In this document: positions 57,368 to 64,000 of the stretch, in pieces | Layout of the letters: every line of letters starts with the position of its first letter | How positions within the stretch are numbered: the first letter of the stretch is position 1 | Assembly (NCBI GenBank): GCA_026936335.1 | Contig: JAPMXV010000043.1 | Coordinates: forward strand, 549,503-613,502 | Reading direction: 5' to 3' | Length of the DNA: 64,000 bases | DNA from: Mantamonas sphyraenae STR306 | Lineage: Eukaryota > Protista > CRuMs | Made by a program: the position numbers and the translations under genes | Notes under the pieces: generated by a model | What the model saw: the letters and a program-made list of their open reading frames with translations, nothing else | Database searches by the model: none | Told to the model about the DNA's origin: nothing

Positions 57368-58769
57368 TCATCGCCACTCGTTCGTGTGCAGAGATGACCT
57401 GGCGGTGAGGTTGCCTGTGCCGTGGCGGCTGTAGGTGAAGTTGGAGGAGGAGTTTTGCTTGCGACGGCGTGGGGAGGATGTGAGCGCGGAGCTGGAGGAG
57501 GCGCCGAGAGATTGCCTTGTAGAGCGCAGCTCGCTGTACTTGCGGGGACTCATGCGGAGGACGCTGCCAGCCTGTGAGGCAGAGTCTTGATCTGCGTCCT
57601 TGTGTCGGGCGAGACGTTCCTTGTAGACGTGAGCCTGTAGGCGCAGGCGTTTGGCTTCCTCCTGGCGTTGCAGGCGAGCCTTTTGGGCGTCGCGAGCCTC
57701 GCGGGCCTCGCGTACATGCTTGAGGCGGGCCTTGTTCTTGTTGTTTGCTTCGAGAGAGTCACGCTCGTGCTCCGTGAGCTCGGGAGGGTCGCCGTGTACG
57801 AGGGAGCTGGGTGCTTTGAGTGCAAAGGCGCGGAGGCCGCCACGGAGGACGTAAACGTTGTCGATGCCATGGTCGGCGAGGGAGCTGGCTGTTTCTTCGG
57901 CCTCCTTGTCGTGCAGACTGTACAGCACGATCTTCTTGCCGTCGCGGTTCTTGTAGCGGAAGAGCTCGGGGGTGATCCAGTTTACCTGGCGCAGCATGGT
58001 CTTGGGATAGTGGGAGGCGGTTGTGATGTGGCAGGCCTCGTAGGCGTCTTGGTCGCGCACGTCGAGGAGGAGGTAGGAGGGGGAGCCCGAGTCATCCTGA
58101 GTGGATTCGGTGAAGGAGGTGATTGTGCTCGCGGCGGAGGACATGCCGACGCGTGCGCGGCCTCCGGTGTAGCCGCTGACGGAAAAGGTGCCGCCGGGAG
58201 TGTATGTACTAAGGGTGTCCTCGTGGACATCCTCGTCAGCGCCATCGTCGTCGTCGGTGGCCCACGGGGTGCGGCTTTTGTTTTTCAGGTAGGTGTTGCG
58301 TGTTTCGCTGAGCCACTTTTCGGTGAGCGGGAAGTCGGATGAGGTGCGTTGGGAGACTGAAGAGAGGGTGGAGGAGGCATGGCTGGTGGTGGATGTGGAA
58401 GAGTGGGTTGTGGACGCGTGCGTGTCTGTATAGGTGCGGACGGTTGAGCGCGGGGAAGCGAGCTCAACGGTCGAGCTGGCGGTTGTGGTCGAGTCGTCCC
58501 AGTCGTGGTCGAGGCCGAGCTCGGACGAGATCATGCGGATGAGGGAGCGCACTTTGATTCCGGACAGGTGTTCCTTGGGTGCAGAACGGGCAACTGTGTG
58601 CATGTGTGGTGTTGGGGAAAAAGGTGGAAATGAGCAGGCCGACGTAGCGAGGGGCGAGGGAAACGGGATGGAGGAAGGACATACAGGCGTTGCCCGAGCC
58701 ACGGAGGGCCTTCTTCATGGTCCTGCCAGTGTTGAGGGACGATTGGATGAAATCGTAGCGCTTGGACAT
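57368..58769 (-). CDS. CEP41: CEP41-like rhodanese-domain centrosomal/ciliary protein
   Basis: KRYDFIQSSLNTG N-terminus, YLLLDVRD..YEACHITTA..YP, YKNRDGKKIVLY, DNVYVLRGGL; one intron. Confidence 0.82.
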
Positions 58770-58786
58770 TGGCGAGATTTGCTGAG

Positions 58787-59683
58787 TCAGGCTGCGAGAC
58801 GAAGGATGACCCAGCCGATCAGGCCAACCACGATGAGCACTAGGATGGCGTTGACGAGAGCCTTGTCCGCGGGGCGGTAGGTGTGGAGGATGCGTTTGAG
58901 TTTGCGATTTGCACTTTCTGCGTGGGCGACACTGCGGGCCATCTTGTCGTTCTGAGCATCGAGACGGATGTTCTGGCGAGCTATTTCGTCGTGCATGGCG
59001 CTGGCAAGCCCCTTGACGGTGTAAGCGTCGTCGAGGAGCTCATCGAGGATGTCATTGATCTGGGCATCACGCTGCTGCCACTCGAGGAGTGTGTCGCGGA
59101 TGGCCTGGGAGTCGTAGGCCTCGAGGTCGTCGAGATCGGCGTGGGATTGGCCAAGGTCGGAATCGGTGGCAATGTGCATGCTGGGGTTCGGGGTGGGTGT
59201 GTCCAGGGCATGGATGCGGTTGGATGAGGAAGGGGTGCCGGAGAGGGAGGACCAGAGGGCCTGAAGAGGGCTAGCCTTTGGCTGCCAGGCGCCGGTGCGT
59301 TGGTGGCGTGCGTCTAGACGCTGTTGAAGAGCGTCGAGGTGGGATTGGGCTAGTTGGACAATATCTGTGCGGCGTGAGTCGCGGGCAGCTTTTGTGCGCA
59401 TCCGTTGAAGGTCGAGGCGGGCGTTGGCGAGGCTACGGCGAATGGAGGCGTCGAGACGGACGACGTCCGGGTGATCGGCCTTGTGCGAAAGGGAGTCGCG
59501 CTCGTCAAGGTGTGAGCGAGCCTGGCGCAAGGAGAGCTGGAAGTGGAGCTTGGCTCGCTCAAAGACGTTGAGGCGGGATGCCAGAGAAGTGGAGACGGGT
59601 AGGATGTGCGTAGAGGCGGAAGAGTCTCCTAGAGCGAGTTGGAGGACGTAGAGGCGGCGGAGGAGGGGGTCGATGGAGGTCAT
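58787..59683 (-). CDS. Qc-SNARE, SYP7 (SYP71)-like syntaxin
   Basis: MTSIDPLLRRL N-terminus, SNARE motif RDAQINDILDE..LASAMHDEIARQNIRLD, C-terminal TM. Confidence 0.72.
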   Translation of the reverse strand: MTSIDPLLRRLYVLQLALGDSSASTHILPVSTSLASRLNVFERAKLHFQLSLRQARSHLDERDSLSHKADHPDVVRLDASIRRSLANARLDLQRMRTKAARDSRRTDIVQLAQSHLDALQQRLDARHQRTGAWQPKASPLQALWSSLSGTPSSSNRIHALDTPTPNPSMHIATDSDLGQSHADLDDLEAYDSQAIRDTLLEWQQRDAQINDILDELLDDAYTVKGLASAMHDEIARQNIRLDAQNDKMARSVAHAESANRKLKRILHTYRPADKALVNAILVLIVVGLIGWVILRLAA

Positions 59684-59748
59684 GTGGGCCAAGGGGCGTG
59701 CGTTGGGAGCGGCGGTGCAGGCAAGACGAAGAATTTGCAATTGCTGCC

Positions 59749-61170
59749 ATGCGTGGGTGGGCAAGTTTGTGGCAGCGATCGTTGTGGGTGCGTGCAGTGG
59801 GTTTCGTGGTGGTAGTGTGGATCATTGGTCAGCTGTGGGGCGGCAAGTCGGCGGGGAATAGGGAGCTGTCTCGTTCGGAGCTTGTGTCGTGGACACTGGC
59901 GGCAGTGAACACGCAGAAGCATCTGGGGCAATTGAGGGCCGACGTGGCGCGGCAGCCGAACGCGTTTGCGTCGTGGCATACGGCGTGGCGGTATGAGGAG
60001 TGTGTGGCAGTGCCGCTGCCGACGGACGTGTCGTACGACGCTGCGCAGCAGCGGTGGAAGGTGGATCCGATGCCTGCGCTAAAGGTGTACATGTATCCGC
60101 TGCAGCAGGTGGAGACAGGGCGTACACGTGTGTACTCGCAAGGATTCCTGCGGTTTCGGAGAGCGTTTTGGACGCTGGCCAAACAGGGACGTGTGAAGCT
60201 TGTGGACAGCGTTTCGGAGGCGTGTCTGCGTGTGCCTGCGTTGGACCCGTTCATGTGGAACCAGAAGGAAAGCGAAGAGTATGTGGGGTGGCTGCGACAG
60301 CAGGACGGGTGGGACTCGGGTCGAAACCATGTGTTTCTGGAGCGGCACGACAACGTGAAGCTGGAGTACGACGATGCGTGGCTTGTGCGTATGAGTGCAT
60401 CGACGCCATACATGGCGTCCAGAGTGCTGTTTGATCTCGTGCTGCCTCTTCCACTGGCGCTGGTTGCGCCGCTGGAGTGGGCGCGGCTGTCGGAGGAGTT
60501 TGGGGGCGGGGGCAGCACATTGAAAGGGACTCGGCGCAAGGCACTGCTGGTGTTCAACAGCAAGCACTTTCCGGATGTGGATGCACTGGGCGACTGGCGC
60601 AACATGGTCGGCCAGACGCTGGAGAAGCTGGCGGAAACGGAACGGGACGGCGAAGTTGTGGACCTGGCGATGTGCGAGAGTGCGCAGACGTTGCAGGGAT
60701 CGGACAGGAGTGTGTGCGAAGCGGTGGTGGGTGGTGAGGCTGTGGCGACGTTTGCAGTGTTGCATGGGAGCGCGGGTTGGCGGCACCGCAGTCTGCCCGG
60801 GTTTGTGGAAGCATTGGGTGCAGGGATGGTGCCGGTGGTGGTAAACGACTACTACCCAGAACCACTGGTGGGAGTTGTGCACCATGGCAGGTTTATGCTG
60901 CATGTGGCGGAAAGCGCGGTGGGGGAGTTGGGAGGTCTGCTGCGCAGGATGCGAGACCGGTCGGCAGGAAAGGTAGCGGCAATGCAGCGGATGGGGAAGC
61001 GTGTGCATCGTGAGTTGAGTACGGCAGAAGGTGTGGTGGGACTGGTGGTGAAGCACGTGGTGCGCAAGACGATGATGTATGGGTTTCGCCTGGACAAGGT
61101 AGGGAGGCATGAGATATGGGCGGAGGAGGCGGAGGCGGAGGCGGAGGCGGAGGCGGAAGAGGAGTTGTGA
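59749..61170 (+). CDS. Exostosin-like glycosyltransferase (GT47)
   Basis: Type II signal anchor, LKVYMYP, EACLRVP, WDSGRNHV, FDLVLP, EALGAGMVPVVV. Confidence 0.8.
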   Translation: MRGWASLWQRSLWVRAVGFVVVVWIIGQLWGGKSAGNRELSRSELVSWTLAAVNTQKHLGQLRADVARQPNAFASWHTAWRYEECVAVPLPTDVSYDAAQQRWKVDPMPALKVYMYPLQQVETGRTRVYSQGFLRFRRAFWTLAKQGRVKLVDSVSEACLRVPALDPFMWNQKESEEYVGWLRQQDGWDSGRNHVFLERHDNVKLEYDDAWLVRMSASTPYMASRVLFDLVLPLPLALVAPLEWARLSEEFGGGGSTLKGTRRKALLVFNSKHFPDVDALGDWRNMVGQTLEKLAETERDGEVVDLAMCESAQTLQGSDRSVCEAVVGGEAVATFAVLHGSAGWRHRSLPGFVEALGAGMVPVVVNDYYPEPLVGVVHHGRFMLHVAESAVGELGGLLRRMRDRSAGKVAAMQRMGKRVHRELSTAEGVVGLVVKHVVRKTMMYGFRLDKVGRHEIWAEEAEAEAEAEAEEEL

Positions 61171-61190
61171 GCAAGGAATGGACAAGGTGT

Positions 61191-61826
61191 TTACTGCTGC
61201 TGTTGGTCGTCCTCGGCGAGAAAGACAACCTGTGCGGGCTCTCCCTCGTCCTTGGGGGGACGCTGGGAGCCAGAGTTTGAAAACGGGGTGGCCACGCCCT
61301 CGGGGAGACCAAAGGAGTCGACGAGGTGTTGGTGGTCGTGTGCGTCACCGTCTACAATTCGGAGACGAGCGGCGCGGGACTTGCGCAGCTTGTTCTTGGG
61401 CAGCATGCCCATGACGGCGGAGCGGAGGACAATGCCCGGATGCTTGGAGGTGAGTGTCTTTGCGCCAACCTCCTTGAGACCACCGACGTAGCCTGGGTGC
61501 GGGGCAAGCGGGGGGGGGGGGCGGGATGGGCGGAGTGAGCGCGGCATGCGGGGCGGGCGGACGGTGGAAGGAACAGAAAACGCACCTGTGTGCCACCTGT
61601 ACACTTTCTGGTCCCACTTTTTGCCTGTGAACTTGATTTTGTCTGCGTTGACGACGACAACGTGGTCGCCACAGTCTGTGGACGGGTCGTAAAGGGGCTT
61701 GTGCTTGCCCTGGAGAATTTGCGAGATTTGCGAGGCGAGCCTGCCGACGACCTGGCCCTCTGCGTCGATCTGGTGCCACACTCGCTGGAGTTTCTTGGTG
61801 CGTTTGACAAAGGAGGAGGAGGACAT
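61191..61826 (-). CDS. MRPL13: Mitochondrial ribosomal protein uL13m
   Basis: WHQIDAEGQVVGRLAS, LQGKHKPLYDPSTDCGDHVVVVNA, YRWHT|GYVGGLK, AVMGMLPKNKLR; one intron. Confidence 0.93.
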   Translation of the reverse strand: MSSSSFVKRTKKLQRVWHQIDAEGQVVGRLASQISQILQGKHKPLYDPSTDCGDHVVVVNADKIKFTGKKWDQKVYRWHTGAFSVPSTVRPPRMPRSLRPSRPPPPLAPHPGYVGGLKEVGAKTLTSKHPGIVLRSAVMGMLPKNKLRKSRAARLRIVDGDAHDHQHLVDSFGLPEGVATPFSNSGSQRPPKDEGEPAQVVFLAEDDQQQQ

Positions 61827-61898
61827 GAGGGGGGTGTGGTGGATGTGCTGTATGCGCGTGCGCACAGCAGTGCAAAGAGAAACGCGTGGAAAGCGGGA

Positions 61899-63311
61899 AT
61901 GGGAAAGTTTGCGAGAATTGTGTGCACTTTGCTTGGCGTGGCAGCTGTGGCAGGTTTGGTTGGGAGGGTGGATGGGGCAGAGGCTGCGGGCGGATGGCTT
62001 CCTGCACGGATGAAGGGGGAAAAGTGGGCGTCGTTCGAGGAGGTTCTTCCAGAGGCGTTGATGGCAGCGGTGCGTCGCGAGGTGCACGTTGTGCACAACT
62101 ACGAAATGAGCCAGCCTGCGTACCGGCATGGGAAGCGTTCGACGTACTGGCTGGGCAAGATGAAGGCAAAGGCGCCGCGGTTTGCAATTGAGGCTGCCAT
62201 TGAGTACCTGCATCAGGTGGCGTTTGCTGGGGAGAGCGGGCCTATCCGTGGGGCAGAGTGGTGGGTGCAATCAAGGCGGCTGGACGAAGACATTGGGTTC
62301 CACTATGACAAGGACGAGGGTCTCGCGTCGGAATATGGGCGGATGCTGACGCCGGCAGTGTCGACGGTGACCTACATCACGGATGAAGGGGCGCCGACGA
62401 TGGTGCTGGACCAGTTGACGGTGCACGGGGCAGCAGATGAGCCCAAGGTGCCCAGGCGAGGGATGTTGTCGTATCCAAAGCGGAACAAGCACCTTTTGTT
62501 TGCAGGAAATCTGAATCACGGCGTGCCCGCAGCGATGACGCCCAAGGGGCAGCTGAACGAGACTGGGGCGTTCCGCACGACACTTTTGGTGAACTGGTGG
62601 CCAAAGAAGCCCATGGGACCAAACTGCATCAAGTTTTCGGCTGAGCTGCTGGCGGCGATGGAAGTGAACCTGTACACAGGGGATGCATTGGCTCAGGTGA
62701 TGCAGGACATTGGGTGGGACTCGCAGAAGCAGCGTGCAACACATGTGCGTGCAAAGGAGGGGTCTGTTGAGGTGCTGAAGGGGACGCGGGGGGACGGGTG
62801 GTTGCGACACGTGATCACAGTTGGCCTGGGTGCGCAGCTGCGGTTTTCTGCGCCCGAGTTTCTGCCGGACAGGGCGGCACACCGGAACTATGAGCTGAGG
62901 TGGAGCGAGGAGCAAGTGCACGGAGGAGTAGGCGTGTTTGATCCGGACAACCGGGCGCTGATGCACAACGTGTTTGGCACGGAAAAACCAGTGGTGTTTG
63001 TGTTTGGTACGTCGCAGCAGTGGGAATCTGGGCTGCGGGACATGGTGTGGCCGGCGACCAAGAGGCATGCCCGCGCAGTGTCGGTGTACTGGGTGGAGCC
63101 GAGGCGAGGGCAGGCGGCTCTGGAACGGGTGGGGCTGAGTGCACAGGAGGAATTTCCAGTGCTGGCGCTCATGGACAATGGGAAGCATCGGGTGGAGGTG
63201 ATGGGAGCGCGTGGGAGCCGTGTGGAGGAAGAGGCGGTGGAAGAGTTTTTCGGGCGGGCGGCAGGATCTGTGCAGGGAAGGGGAGAGGGGAGGGTCAAGG
63301 AGGAGCTGTGA
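61899..63311 (+). CDS. ER-luminal 2OG-Fe(II) oxygenase-like protein with a C-terminal thioredoxin-like (PDI b'-like) region and KEEL
   Basis: Signal peptide; GAEWW, FHYDKDE (HxD), STVTY, GNLNHGV (distal His), RTTLLVNWW; C-terminal VFVFG..VYWVE..FPVLALMD..VEEFF; ends KEEL. Confidence 0.65.
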   Translation: MGKFARIVCTLLGVAAVAGLVGRVDGAEAAGGWLPARMKGEKWASFEEVLPEALMAAVRREVHVVHNYEMSQPAYRHGKRSTYWLGKMKAKAPRFAIEAAIEYLHQVAFAGESGPIRGAEWWVQSRRLDEDIGFHYDKDEGLASEYGRMLTPAVSTVTYITDEGAPTMVLDQLTVHGAADEPKVPRRGMLSYPKRNKHLLFAGNLNHGVPAAMTPKGQLNETGAFRTTLLVNWWPKKPMGPNCIKFSAELLAAMEVNLYTGDALAQVMQDIGWDSQKQRATHVRAKEGSVEVLKGTRGDGWLRHVITVGLGAQLRFSAPEFLPDRAAHRNYELRWSEEQVHGGVGVFDPDNRALMHNVFGTEKPVVFVFGTSQQWESGLRDMVWPATKRHARAVSVYWVEPRRGQAALERVGLSAQEEFPVLALMDNGKHRVEVMGARGSRVEEEAVEEFFGRAAGSVQGRGEGRVKEEL

Positions 63312-63336
63312 AGAGTCCATTTGTCGAATGCTCTCT

Positions 63337-64000
<664 letters not shown>

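Overview
Nuclear DNA from a gene-dense, GC-rich, flagellated unicellular eukaryote. Evidence: short GT-AG introns with CTRAC/CTCAC branch points, and ciliary genes DNAAF10/WDR92, CEP41 and SPATA7-like. About 30 host genes are packed with gaps that are often under 70 bp. The main discovery is a 6.75-kb DNA transposon-like insertion (38770-45516) with TA target-site duplication and imperfect 25-bp terminal inverted repeats. It encodes one spliced ~1864-aa protein that fuses an N-terminal XPG/FEN1-type PIN 5' nuclease to a C-terminal Fanzor (TnpB-derived) RuvC/Zn-finger module with an intact D-E-D triad. No transposase is encoded, and a structured candidate omegaRNA runs into the right end. TAM and guide can be predicted from the reconstructed empty site. 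Other notable items: a 1914-bp inverted duplication of the RNR small-subunit gene with E2F/CHR-like sites in its intron; an LRR protein with ~17 SCP2 lipid-binding domains (11 near-identical 414-bp repeats); a SAP-domain ORF running off the left edge; head-to-head start codons only 19-21 bp apart; and a strong transcription-independent G skew. Gene models and splice sites were read by eye, and family calls rest on remembered motifs, not database searches.
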